Shown here: one piece after another, positions 8,522 through 16,775 of the stretch
Layout: each line of letters starts with the position of its first letter
How positions within the stretch are numbered: position 1 is the first letter of the stretch
DNA from: Minisyncoccota bacterium
GTDB taxonomy: Bacteria > Patescibacteriota > Minisyncoccia > Phycocordibacterales > UBA12088
Assembly: GCA_041920275.1 (NCBI GenBank)
Contig: JAYRSE010000008.1
Coordinates: 1-63,177 of the forward strand
Length of the DNA stretch: 63,177 nt
Reading direction: 5' to 3'
Translations under genes and position numbers: made by a program
Notes under the pieces: generated by a model
What the model saw: only the letters and a program-made list of their open reading frames with translations
Told to the model about the DNA's origin: nothing
Databases searched by the model: none

Positions 8522-8614
8522 GTGGTGCGACCTGATTTTCAAGGAGCGCAGCGACTATGAAAATGGAAGTACCCTTGTGGTGCGACCTGATTTTCAGGGA
8601 GTGTAGCGACTATG
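8522..8614. repeat. two 38-bp direct repeats with a 55-bp period
   Basis: Copies at 8522-8559 and 8577-8614 are 35/38 identical (GTGGTGCGACCTGATTTTCA[A/G]GGAG[C/T]G[C/T]AGCGACTATG). The 15-mer AAAATGGAAGTACCC occurs at 8560-8574 and again at 8679-8693. Confidence 0.9.
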
Positions 8615-8696
8615 CGACATTGTTTTCTTATGATCTGCCCACAGCCGGAAAATTAGTAAACAAAAAGTCCCTGTGTGAAAAATGGAAGTACCCACG

Positions 8697-8717
8697 TGAT
8701 GCGCGCTAAGGGACTCG
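8697..8717. repeat. partial duplicate of the tRNA-Val 3' end (att-like)
   Basis: TGATGCGCGCTAAGGGACTCG matches tRNA-Val positions 8880-8900 at 20/21, and lies 183 bp beyond the tRNA 3' end. Confidence 0.85.
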
Positions 8718-8879
8718 GTCACTCTCGTGGGTTTTTTATTTCGTTCCACGTATAAAAAACCTCACTCGATCGACCCCCACTCGCGCCGCCGCTTCGCGGG
8801 CTTCGCCGGCGCTCGGTTCGAGTCCCTCAACGCTTGAAAACAACACTCGTGCAATGCTCCGCATTTCACTCGTTTGTTT

Positions 8880-8955
8880 TGGTGCGCGCTAAGGGACTCG
8901 AACCCCTGACATCCTCGGTGTAAACGAGGCGCTCTACCAACTGAGCTAAGCGCGC
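8880..8955 (-). tRNA. tRNA-Val (anticodon TAC), CCA encoded
   Basis: The reverse complement GCGCGCTTAGCTCAGTTGGTAGAGCGCCTCGTTTACACCGAGGATGTCAGGGGTTCGAGTCCCTTAGCGCGCACCA folds as a canonical cloverleaf with loop TTTACAC. Confidence 0.9.
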
Positions 8956-9065
8956 GGTACGACAAGCATGCCATGTTTGGGCCGTTCACGCAATGTGTAC
9001 CCAAAATTTGATCATGTGAAGTGATGTCGGTGCGAGAGAAAGGTGTTCTGTGGTACAGTGTACGT

Positions 9066-9350
9066 ATGGCAAACACCCGTTCCCAGCTTCACTGTATCGT
9101 CACCGGTCGCGTGCAAGGTTCGACGTTTCGTGATTTTGTGCGAAATATCGCGAACGAAATGAACCTCGTCGGTTTTGTTGCGAACCTGCCGGATGGTTCT
9201 GTGGAGGTGCTTGCGCAGGGTGAATACGGCATTCTCAAGGTCTTTATACAGCATCTCGCTCGCGGGCCGGCGGGTTCGCTCGTGACGGGTGTGTACGATG
9301 AGTGGAGCGAAGAATTCGAGCGGGAGTTCGAGGATTTTCGCATTCTGTAG
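9066..9350 (+). CDS. acyP: acylphosphatase
   Basis: 94 aa with VTGRVQGSTFRDFV (family signature V-x-G-x-VQGV-x-FR) and VGFVANLPDGSVEV. I moved the start to the ATG at 9066. Confidence 0.8.
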   Translation: MANTRSQLHCIVTGRVQGSTFRDFVRNIANEMNLVGFVANLPDGSVEVLAQGEYGILKVFIQHLARGPAGSLVTGVYDEWSEEFEREFEDFRIL

Positions 9351-9373
9351 TGTTTTCGTGTATCGTGTCTCGC

Positions 9374-10054
9374 ATGGAAACACAGGTTCCACACAGTATC
9401 GGTATCATTATGGACGGCAATCGTCGCTGGGCTCGCGAGCGTGGACTCCCGACCCTTGAAGGTCATCGCGCGGGTTATGCAAAGCTCAAGGAGGTCGCGG
9501 CGTGGTGTCGCGATGTGGGAGTGCGTCACCTCGCGGTGTATGCGTTTTCGACCGAAAATTGGAAACGTGACGTGAATGAAGTTGCATATCTGATGGATTT
9601 CATGCGCATCGCCTTTCGCGAGCAGCTGTCTGAACTGCGCAAAGAACGCACTGCGGTGCACATCGTCGGCAAGCTTGATTTGTTGCCGGCGGATCTACAG
9701 GAGACCGTGTGCACGCTTCATGATACCAATCCGAGTGATGCCACTCACCACCTGTGGGCATGTGTGAGTTACGGTGGCAGAGCGGAGATCGTGGATGCGG
9801 TGAACGTTTTGCGTGAGGAAGATGGGGTGGTGGATGAAGACGCGATTACTCGTGCATTGTGGACTGCCGCCATGCCCGCACCCGACATCATTGTACGCAC
9901 CGGTGGTGAAAAACGGCTCTCAAACTTTCTGATGTGGCATTCGGGATACAGTGAATTGTTCTTCTTGGACACCTTGTGGCCGGATTTTTCTCGGGATACA
10001 TTCGACACCGTGATTGCGGAGTTTATGGCGCGAAAGCGTAATTTCGGCGTTTAG
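9374..10054 (+). CDS. uppS: undecaprenyl/isoprenyl diphosphate synthase (cis-prenyltransferase)
   Basis: IIMDGNRRWARERG and IVRTGGEKRLSNFLMWHSGYSELFF are the hallmark UPPS motifs. I moved the start to the ATG at 9374. Confidence 0.9.
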   Translation: METQVPHSIGIIMDGNRRWARERGLPTLEGHRAGYAKLKEVAAWCRDVGVRHLAVYAFSTENWKRDVNEVAYLMDFMRIAFREQLSELRKERTAVHIVGKLDLLPADLQETVCTLHDTNPSDATHHLWACVSYGGRAEIVDAVNVLREEDGVVDEDAITRALWTAAMPAPDIIVRTGGEKRLSNFLMWHSGYSELFFLDTLWPDFSRDTFDTVIAEFMARKRNFGV

Positions 10055-10055
10055 C

Positions 10056-11099
10056 ATGGAGACGACGGATACCATGTTTGCGTCTGCTCGTACATGCGCA
10101 GAGCGTGTCGTGCGCTCCGCTCTGGATGAGCGGAGCGACTTGCCGCTCTATGGTATGTTACGCTATTTCATGGGGTATGCTGACGAGTTACTGCATGCAT
10201 GTGACACGGTCGCGGGGAAGCGCATACGTGCGTCCCTGGTACTCCTCACGGCTGAGATGTGCGGTGGGGGCGCGAGCGCGAAAGACTTGGCGGTTGCTAT
10301 CGAGCTCTTTCACAACTTTACGCTCATGCACGATGACATTGAGGACCATGACGATATGCGTCGTGGTCGCCCTACCGTGTGGAAGTTGTGGGGAGTAAAT
10401 CATGCAATCAACGCAGGAGATGCGCAGGCGTTCATTACCAGTGATTTTCTGCTCCGAGTTGCGATGACTGGGGATGCGGGGGCTCGTGCCGCGTGCGAGC
10501 TCAATGCGTGTTTTTTGGAAGTTATCGAGGGGCAGTACATGGATTTCGAACTTACTGTAAAAAGACTCACCGACACGGGTGTGACGATCGATACCTACCT
10601 TGAAATGACTCGTAAAAAGACCTCTGTTTTGGTCGGAGCGGCCACCGCCGGAGGCGGTCTCGCTGCGGGATGTGACGAAGCGACCCATGATCTTCTTTAT
10701 ACCTATGGGGAATCACTCGGTATGGCGTATCAGATTGCTGACGACATGGCTTCGATATGGGGTGAAGCGCGGGACACGGGAAAGCGGGCACGAGGGGATT
10801 TGTACGAGCGAAAAAAAACATACCCCGTGCTCTATGCGCGCGACCACGGGGTGAATAAGTGGTTCATGGCACGATACAACGATACTGCACCTCTCAGTGA
10901 CGACGATGTGCGGGAACTGCTGAAGGCGCTCACTGCGACGGGTGCGTGTGAGGCGACTCGAGCACTCGGAGCGTCGTATGTTGAACGAGCAAAAGTGTCG
11001 GCGAACGCTTTGCCGTTTTCACCTGCTCACAAAAAAGTACTCACGAACTTGGTTGATGCGTTAGTACACTTCGCTCCAAAACAGCACGCGACAGACTAA
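10056..11099 (+). CDS. trans-polyprenyl diphosphate synthase (GGPP/FPP synthase family)
   Basis: The first Asp-rich motif is LMHDDIEDHDDMRRGRPT and the second is QIADDMASIWG. The ATG at 10056 directly follows the uppS stop. Confidence 0.85.
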   Translation: METTDTMFASARTCAERVVRSALDERSDLPLYGMLRYFMGYADELLHACDTVAGKRIRASLVLLTAEMCGGGASAKDLAVAIELFHNFTLMHDDIEDHDDMRRGRPTVWKLWGVNHAINAGDAQAFITSDFLLRVAMTGDAGARAACELNACFLEVIEGQYMDFELTVKRLTDTGVTIDTYLEMTRKKTSVLVGAATAGGGLAAGCDEATHDLLYTYGESLGMAYQIADDMASIWGEARDTGKRARGDLYERKKTYPVLYARDHGVNKWFMARYNDTAPLSDDDVRELLKALTATGACEATRALGASYVERAKVSANALPFSPAHKKVLTNLVDALVHFAPKQHATD

Positions 11100-11194
11100 C
11101 GTCGCTTTTTGGGCGGCGTGCAAGGGCAAGTGTGTGTACTTGTGTCTGCACGATATGTGGTGCGTGGTGGTCGGGTGCGTGGTACGCTTGTGGT

Positions 11195-11926
11195 ATGACA
11201 CCCGATAATTCATCCGTGGAAGTGATATATGAGGATGCTCAGATCCTTTCGGTCAACAAACCGGCGGGCATGGCGGTGCATGAGGATGGTCACACACAAG
11301 GTCCCTTTCTGACCGACTGGGTGCGCGAGACGCGACCGGATATGGTGGGGGTGGGGGAGACCATGTGGCTGCAGAACGGAAACGAAATCGACCGGCCCGG
11401 GATCGTGCATCGCTTGGACCGAGATACGAGCGGCATCATCGTGCTTGCAAAGACGCAGGAGTCGCACGCTTTCCTCAAGGCGCAGTTCCAAGCCCGTACC
11501 ATGGAAAAGGAGTACCGCGCGTTCGTCTGGGGAACGATACGTGAAGTGCATGGTACGATCGACAAGCCGATCGGGAGGTCGCGCAAGGATTTTCGCCTGT
11601 GGTCTGCGGGTAAGGACGCGGGAGGAATGCTGCGTGCCGCGATCACACGCTACACGGTGCTCGCCGCGCGCGACGGCTTCTCGTACCTCTCGGTCGAGCC
11701 GAAGACCGGCCGCACGCATCAGATACGGGTGCATTTGAAGGCGGTCGGGCACCCCATAGTCTGCGACACGCGCTACGCACCCAAGCGCGAGCAGGCATTG
11801 GGTTTTGTGCGGCTTGCGCTTCACGCACACACGCTTGCATTCACACACCCGGACGGTACGCGCATGGTGCTTCAAGCGCCGTTGCCGGATGATTTTTTGC
11901 ACGCCGAGGCACGCATTGGTGTGTAA
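11195..11926 (+). CDS. RluA-family pseudouridine synthase (no S4 domain)
   Basis: Catalytic motif HRLDRDTSGIIVLAK, then GRTHQIRVHL. I set the start at the ATG at 11195 (MTPDNSSVEVIYEDAQILSVNKPAGMAVH). Confidence 0.85.
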   Translation: MTPDNSSVEVIYEDAQILSVNKPAGMAVHEDGHTQGPFLTDWVRETRPDMVGVGETMWLQNGNEIDRPGIVHRLDRDTSGIIVLAKTQESHAFLKAQFQARTMEKEYRAFVWGTIREVHGTIDKPIGRSRKDFRLWSAGKDAGGMLRAAITRYTVLAARDGFSYLSVEPKTGRTHQIRVHLKAVGHPIVCDTRYAPKREQALGFVRLALHAHTLAFTHPDGTRMVLQAPLPDDFLHAEARIGV

Positions 11927-11975
11927 AAAAAGCGAGCGAGCTTTCTGTCGCTCACTCGGATGGGGTGCTCCACCC

Positions 11976-12431
11976 CTAGCGGATCTTCCGTACGTTGGAA
12001 GTGGGGGGAACCTGACACATTTTTCTTTTGTTCGGATCGAGTGGGGTGATCGTTGCGTTTTTGCTCGGTCGCTTCAGTGCGGCGTACTGAAGAATGAGGT
12101 TGATGCAAGCGATCTCCGGCCATTTTCCGTGCCCCACAATGTCATACTGGAGACGATGGTGTGCAACCGGAACCGCGCTGTACTTACGGTGGTGCCTCTC
12201 CACACTCAGCCCGCATTCCCCAACACCGAACCATCTTTCATCACGACATTTTCGCAAAAAGAATCGTTCAAGCTCGTCGAAAGTGGGAGCGTATACCCGC
12301 ACATCGGTTTCCGTTACGCACACATATTTGCCCGGGTAGTTTTCCCACCGTCCCGGCTGGGGGAACCCCGCCACATCGCGCAGTTCAACGAGTCGGTCGT
12401 ACAACTGCTTTTCGCACGGGTTGAAACCCAT
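11976..12431 (-). CDS. hypothetical protein (orphan)
   Basis: 151-aa ORF with a GGAGG Shine-Dalgarno sequence 7 nt upstream of the ATG. No family was recognised. Confidence 0.55.
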   Translation of the reverse strand: MGFNPCEKQLYDRLVELRDVAGFPQPGRWENYPGKYVCVTETDVRVYAPTFDELERFFLRKCRDERWFGVGECGLSVERHHRKYSAVPVAHHRLQYDIVGHGKWPEIACINLILQYAALKRPSKNATITPLDPNKRKMCQVPPTSNVRKIR

Positions 12432-12580
12432 GGCACACCTCCGTTTCGGTATGTGATTTGTTATTTGACCTCTTACCTTACTCTACGTTGTTCGCGTCAA
12501 ACGTCAAGACGGTAACGGAGTGGGTTTGGTTGGGAAAAAATTTGCGTTCGCCGTCATACCATGGTACAGTACCTGCCACT

Positions 12581-13168
12581 ATGCAGACAGCAGCAGTCAT
12601 TTCACCGGTAAACGTCGAAGCGCGCAAAAAGTTGGACGTGCGCCCGGGCGATACCGTGCGGGTAAGTCAAAAGATCCAGGAAAAGGGTAAGATCCGCATC
12701 CAGGTATTCGAAGGCCTCGTACTTTCGGTCAAGCACGGCAATGAAGCGGGTGGCACCTTCACAGTGCGCAAGGTGGCGAGCGGAGTGGGGGTCGAAAAGA
12801 CGTTCCCCCTTTACAGCCCCATGATCGACAAGATCGAGATCGTGAAGCGCACCAAAGTGCGTCAGAGCAAGCTCTACTACATCCGCGAGAAGGCGGCCAA
12901 GGTCATTCGTCGCTCGATGCGTAACGCCTTTACGGTCGGCGAGTCGATCGAGTCGGACATCGCGGAGAAGGAACGTGTGACCCGCGAAGCGGAAGAGGCC
13001 GCACAGCGTGCGGCGGAGGAAGAAACCCGTGCACAGGAAGCGGCGAAGGCGGCGGAAGAAGTGGTGGAATCCGAGAAGGCGTCCGAAGAAGTTGCTTCGG
13101 AAACAAAGGAAGAGACGAGTACGCAAGACGCTCCCGCAGAAACGTCGGAAGAATCGAAAAAAGACTGA
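12581..13168 (+). CDS. rplS: 50S ribosomal protein L19 with an acidic C-terminal extension of about 80 aa
   Basis: The core [44 protein letters not shown]...[19 protein letters not shown] is classic L19. The tail is E/A/K-rich. Confidence 0.9.
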   Translation: MQTAAVISPVNVEARKKLDVRPGDTVRVSQKIQEKGKIRIQVFEGLVLSVKHGNEAGGTFTVRKVASGVGVEKTFPLYSPMIDKIEIVKRTKVRQSKLYYIREKAAKVIRRSMRNAFTVGESIESDIAEKERVTREAEEAAQRAAEEETRAQEAAKAAEEVVESEKASEEVASETKEETSTQDAPAETSEESKKD

Positions 13169-13250
13169 TCCCAAACACCCGCCGCTCGGCGGGTGTTTTT
13201 GTATCGTTTACAAAACGATAAATACTCTGTATGATAGACGGCAGGTGCAT

Positions 13251-13334
13251 GCCCAGGTGGTGAAATTGGTATACACGCTACCTTGAGGTGGTAGTGAGCG
13301 CAAGCTCGTGGAGGTTCAACTCCTCTCCTGGGCA
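13251..13334 (+). tRNA. tRNA-Leu (anticodon GAG), class II, CCA not encoded
   Basis: Acceptor GCCCAGG/CCTGGGC; anticodon stem CTACC/GGTAG with loop TTGAGGT; variable arm GAGC-GCAA-GCTC; T-arm GGAGG-TTCAACT-CCTCT. Confidence 0.85.
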
Positions 13335-13597
13335 CAGAAAGAAACACCCCGCAGGGGTTTTTCTTTTGCCCGGGAAGCAAGGCACCCACGTGCCTTGCGT
13401 GAGGAGTTGAAGACCTTGTGAGACGTTTTGCGAGTCCGTAGGACGAAGCAAAAGGTCCACAAGGTGTACTGAACATGTAATGTTCAACTCCTCTCCTGGG
13501 CACAGAAAGAAACACCCCGCAGGGGTTTTTCTTTTGCCCGGGAAGCAAGGCACCCACGTGCCTTGCGTGAGGAGTTGAAGACCTTGTGAGACGTTTT
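13314..13597. repeat. perfect 116-bp direct repeat (13314-13429 and 13482-13597) that includes the tRNA-Leu 3' end
   Basis: Both copies read GTTCAACTCCTCTCCTGGGCACAGAAAGAAACACCCCGCAGGGGTTTTTCTTTTGCCCGGGAAGCAAGGCACCCACGTGCCTTGCGTGAGGAGTTGAAGACCTTGTGAGACGTTTT. The period is 168 bp. Copy 1 starts inside the tRNA T-arm. Confidence 0.9.
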
Positions 13598-13647
13598 TGA
13601 TTGAAATGGTTACGAAAGTGTGTCACACTGTAGCCGCATCCACGCAT

Positions 13648-13723
13648 GGTGCCTATGGTGTAATGGTTAGCACCAGGGTTTGTGGAGCCCTTAGTCCGGG
13701 TTCGAGTCCCGGTAGGCACCCCA
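13648..13723 (+). tRNA. tRNA-His (anticodon GTG) with encoded G-1 and CCA
   Basis: G-1 then acceptor GTGCCTA/TAGGCAC; anticodon stem AGGGT/GCCCT with loop TTGTGGA; T-arm CCGGG-TTCGAGT-CCCGG; 3' C-CCA. Confidence 0.85.
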
Positions 13724-13956
13724 AAGCAAAACGCCCCGCACGGGCGTTTTGTGTGGGTTCCTAAGGAAGCAAACTGCTTTGCTTCTGTCCGGGACTCGAA
13801 AGGCGGAGCTATGCGCCGACCGCAGGGAGGAGCGGGCGAGCCGGGGTCGAGAGTGCTTGATGGTTCCGGAGTGAAGCGAACGGAAGCATCTAGCAACTCG
13901 TGACCGAACAACCGGTAGGCACCCCAAAGCAAAACGCCCCGCACGGGCGTTTTGTG
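13709..13956. repeat. perfect 45-bp direct repeat (13709-13753 and 13912-13956) containing the tRNA-His 3' end plus a terminator hairpin
   Basis: Both copies read CCGGTAGGCACCCCAAAGCAAAACGCCCCGCACGGGCGTTTTGTG, with a 203-bp period. The hairpin AAAACGCCC-CGCAC-GGGCGTTTT lies inside each copy. Confidence 0.9.
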
Positions 13957-14178
13957 CCTAAAAACCTGTGGCCATCGTCTTAGGCGGTGGCAAAGTGGAG
14001 CACGAAAGCGACCATGAGCGAGAACGCTATGAATGCGGTTATGATGTTTGTGGCGATGATATGTCTCATGATCGGTCTTACTGCACAGTATTCGACGAAT
14101 TTGGATCGTTATTCTTACACACGATCGCGTGTTACCTCGCTGCTTTGCCTGGCGTCGTAAGTGGGGTACAATACTCCC

Positions 14179-14472
14179 ATGACGGATCAGGGAACAATTG
14201 CTGAGCAAAAGAACGACTCCGTTACCGAGCCGGTCGTGCAGGATGTTCGTGAGGGTGCGCACCCGCATGCGTTCAAGCGGATCGGGTGGGGCATCATTGC
14301 GCTTTGCGGTGTACTCGCACTCGTTGGTATTTGGTCGCGGTGGGGCGAGGAGATCAAAGAGGCGTGTACCGGAGGAGGTGATACCGGTGCGTGTGTCATC
14401 GAGTATGACGATCCTCCCTCCATGGAAGACGTTCGTTTCGAACAACCGCCACGAAACGCTCTCGAGGAATGA
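14179..14472 (+). CDS. small bitopic membrane protein (hypothetical)
   Basis: 97 aa with one TM (IGWGIIALCGVLALVGIW). TTGCCT-16 nt-TACAAT sits with only 6 nt between the -10 box and the ATG. Confidence 0.45.
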   Translation: MTDQGTIAEQKNDSVTEPVVQDVREGAHPHAFKRIGWGIIALCGVLALVGIWSRWGEEIKEACTGGGDTGACVIEYDDPPSMEDVRFEQPPRNALEE

Positions 14473-14522
14473 CGATCATTTGAAACTTACTCACATCACT
14501 TCATTTTTTCACATCATAATAT

Positions 14523-15257
14523 ATGAATACCGAACAGACGACTTCCACGAGCGACATAAATCAAAAAGAACAAGAGTCGCCGTCGCGTACGATCAATCCG
14601 TACCTCACACCACTTGCGGTGCTTGCGGCCGGCATACTCATTGCGGGAGCTGTCGCTGTGTCCGACGCTCCCTCGAGCGTTTCGACAGCTTCCGGTGGAC
14701 GGGTACTTGAAGCGGAGGTGTTGCCGGTGACCGAAGACGACCATGTGTATGGTTCGCGTGATGCGGACGTGTTCCTGGTCGAGTATTCCGACTATCGCTG
14801 CGGTTTTTGCGGTCGTTTCCATGACACGATCATGAAGGTGCTCGAGATGTATGAAGGCAAGGTGGCGTGGGTATACCGCCATACGCCGTTTCAGCCGGGT
14901 GGTGAAGAGGCGGCGATCGCGAGCGAGTGTATCGCCGAGCTTGCAGGTGAAGATGCGTTCTGGAAATACACCGACCTCGCGCTCAACAACCAGCAGTCGC
15001 TCGGTACCGCGTGGCACCTCAAGACCGCAAAGGAGCTCGGTGCGGATGAAGAGAAATTCAAGGCGTGCGTTGCCTCCGACAAGTATGACGCACTCATCGA
15101 AAGTCATGCACGCAATATGCAGGAGGTGGGTGGGAACGGTACCCCGTTCACGGTGGTGCTAACCCGAAAGGGTGATATGGTCAAAGTGTCGGGGGCGATG
15201 CCGATCGAGAACGTGACCCTTTCGATCGAGCGGGCCCTGAAGTCGCTTGAAAGTTAA
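14523..15257 (+). CDS. membrane-anchored DsbA-family thiol:disulfide oxidoreductase
   Basis: N-terminal TM, then a thioredoxin fold with active site YSDYRCGFCGRF (CxxC) and GNGTPFTVV near the C-terminus (cis-Pro region). Confidence 0.8.
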   Translation: MNTEQTTSTSDINQKEQESPSRTINPYLTPLAVLAAGILIAGAVAVSDAPSSVSTASGGRVLEAEVLPVTEDDHVYGSRDADVFLVEYSDYRCGFCGRFHDTIMKVLEMYEGKVAWVYRHTPFQPGGEEAAIASECIAELAGEDAFWKYTDLALNNQQSLGTAWHLKTAKELGADEEKFKACVASDKYDALIESHARNMQEVGGNGTPFTVVLTRKGDMVKVSGAMPIENVTLSIERALKSLES

Positions 15258-15272
15258 GATCAGCCAAAATAT

Positions 15273-15815
15273 ATGCGCACCATTCCGCGCAAGCACCTGG
15301 TCTTCGGTGTACTCGCGGGTGCGGGACTTGCCGCCGGATTCTACCTGTTTGTGGTACACGACATACTGCTTGATCCCACTCCTCAGGCCCCGGAGGAGTG
15401 GGTGACCTACCTGCCTGATTTTTCATTCCCGAATGAGCGTGGAGAGGAGGTCGTGTTCGCGAAGATACAGGCGCCGGTGCGGATCGTGAACTTCTGGGCG
15501 AGTTGGAGTCCGTACAGCAGGGAAGAAATTCCCGCACTCGCCGCACTCAAGCGTGAGTTCGGAGATAGGGTCGAAGTGGTTGCATTGAATCGCGACAAGA
15601 ATCCCGCCGATGGTCGCACCTTCTTGGAGGAGATCGGTCTTTCGAGTGAGATCACCTTTGCGTACGATTCCGAGGATACCTACTTCAGGCGGGTCGGAGG
15701 GTACAACATGCCCGAGACCGTGTTTGTTGGCCCGAATGGTGAGGTCTTGGCACATGTGCACGGCCCCATGGATCTTGAGGTGATGCGTGCAACAGTGGGC
15801 GGTCTCTTGGATTGA
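15273..15815 (+). CDS. TlpA/ResA-like thioredoxin-fold protein lacking the CxxC cysteines
   Basis: N-terminal TM and a redoxin-like core (VRIVNFWASW..., MPETVFVGPNGEV). The position of the canonical WCxxC reads WSPYS (AGT CCG TAC AGC at 15507-15518). Confidence 0.75.
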   Translation: MRTIPRKHLVFGVLAGAGLAAGFYLFVVHDILLDPTPQAPEEWVTYLPDFSFPNERGEEVVFAKIQAPVRIVNFWASWSPYSREEIPALAALKREFGDRVEVVALNRDKNPADGRTFLEEIGLSSEITFAYDSEDTYFRRVGGYNMPETVFVGPNGEVLAHVHGPMDLEVMRATVGGLLD

Positions 15816-15879
15816 CGTCGCAATGCCTTCGTGTACCGACCGTTGCGCGGTATACTTGGAGAGCTGAGATAGTGTAAGT

Positions 15880-16641
15880 ATGGATCAATTGACACCCCTG
15901 TTTCTCTTATCCGTGTTTTTTGCAGGCAACTTGATGTTTCTTGCGCCGTGCACCTTGCCACTTTTGCCGGCATACATCGGCTTTTTGAGCGGACTCACCC
16001 AACAGCAGGTGATGATCGGTGTCTCGATCGCACAACGTCGAAGGGTTTTTTTGAACGCGGTACTTTTTGTGATCGGATTCACCCTCGTGTTTTCGATCTT
16101 GGGGATCTTGGCGGGGTATGCGGGTTCGCTCCTTGCGTCCGTGCGTGAGTGGCTTCGTATCGCAGGCGGGGTGTTCGTGCTTTTCTTCGGCGTGTTCATG
16201 CTTGGTGCTTTCAGCGCATCGTTTCTCACCAAGGAACGTCGGATGCGCCTCCCCTCCTGTTTCTCGGTCGGTTCCGGTCGATCTTCCTTCGTACTCGGTG
16301 CGGCGTTTGGGATAGGATGGACCCCATGCAGCGGGCCGGTTTTGGGTTCGGTGCTTTCCTACGCCGGAACGACCGGTGATGTATCAACAGGGGCGTTGTT
16401 GCTCGCCATTTTTTCACTCGGCTTTTCGGTACCATTCCTTGCGCTTGCGGCCGGTTTTTCGCATGCCGCTCGCATTGTGACCGCACTGGGTCCCTTTTTG
16501 CGGGTGGTTTCCGTTGTGGGCGGTGCGGTGCTCGTGATCATGGGTCTATGGCTCATTTTCGGCCATTCGGCGCTCACTGAATGGTTCTTCAGACTGTTTG
16601 ACTCGGTTGACATGTCGGAGATCATACTTCCGTATCTCTGA
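15880..16641 (+). CDS. ccdA: CcdA/DsbD-family thiol-disulfide electron transporter
   Basis: Polytopic, with the two conserved membrane cysteines in LAPCTLPLLPAY and GWTPCSGPVLGSVL. Confidence 0.85.
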   Translation: MDQLTPLFLLSVFFAGNLMFLAPCTLPLLPAYIGFLSGLTQQQVMIGVSIAQRRRVFLNAVLFVIGFTLVFSILGILAGYAGSLLASVREWLRIAGGVFVLFFGVFMLGAFSASFLTKERRMRLPSCFSVGSGRSSFVLGAAFGIGWTPCSGPVLGSVLSYAGTTGDVSTGALLLAIFSLGFSVPFLALAAGFSHAARIVTALGPFLRVVSVVGGAVLVIMGLWLIFGHSALTEWFFRLFDSVDMSEIILPYL

Positions 16642-16775
16642 AGCGGTGTTGTCGCGTGCTATACTGGATCAGTATTTAATCGTACGGAACCCGCTCGTGG
16701 AAGATCTGCGGAGTGAGAGAGTTCAATGCAAGTCTTCCACCGTGAAGAGTTTCGGAATAATCGAATCACACAGGT

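Noticed and set aside
8522-8614. Possible CRISPR array (55-bp period repeats), and the 168-bp and 203-bp period repeats at 13.3-13.9 kb.
   Set aside because: Each has only two copies. The repeat units contain tRNA 3'-end sequence. The spacing is irregular and no cas genes are present. They are better explained as att-like duplications.
8762-9076. 104-aa minus-strand ORF.
   Set aside because: It overlaps tRNA-Val completely, so it is not a gene.
13980-14069. 29-codon hydrophobic minus-strand micro-ORF (MRHIIATNIITAFIAFSLMVAFVLHFATA).
   Set aside because: It has no Shine-Dalgarno sequence or properly spaced promoter and is too short to support from sequence alone.
12877-14445. 522-aa minus-strand ORF, the longest ORF in this part of the track.
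   Set aside because: It runs straight through tRNA-Leu, tRNA-His and both direct-repeat pairs. Its translation is R/P/G/T-rich and repeats itself only because the DNA repeats. I treat it as an artefact of GC-rich DNA.
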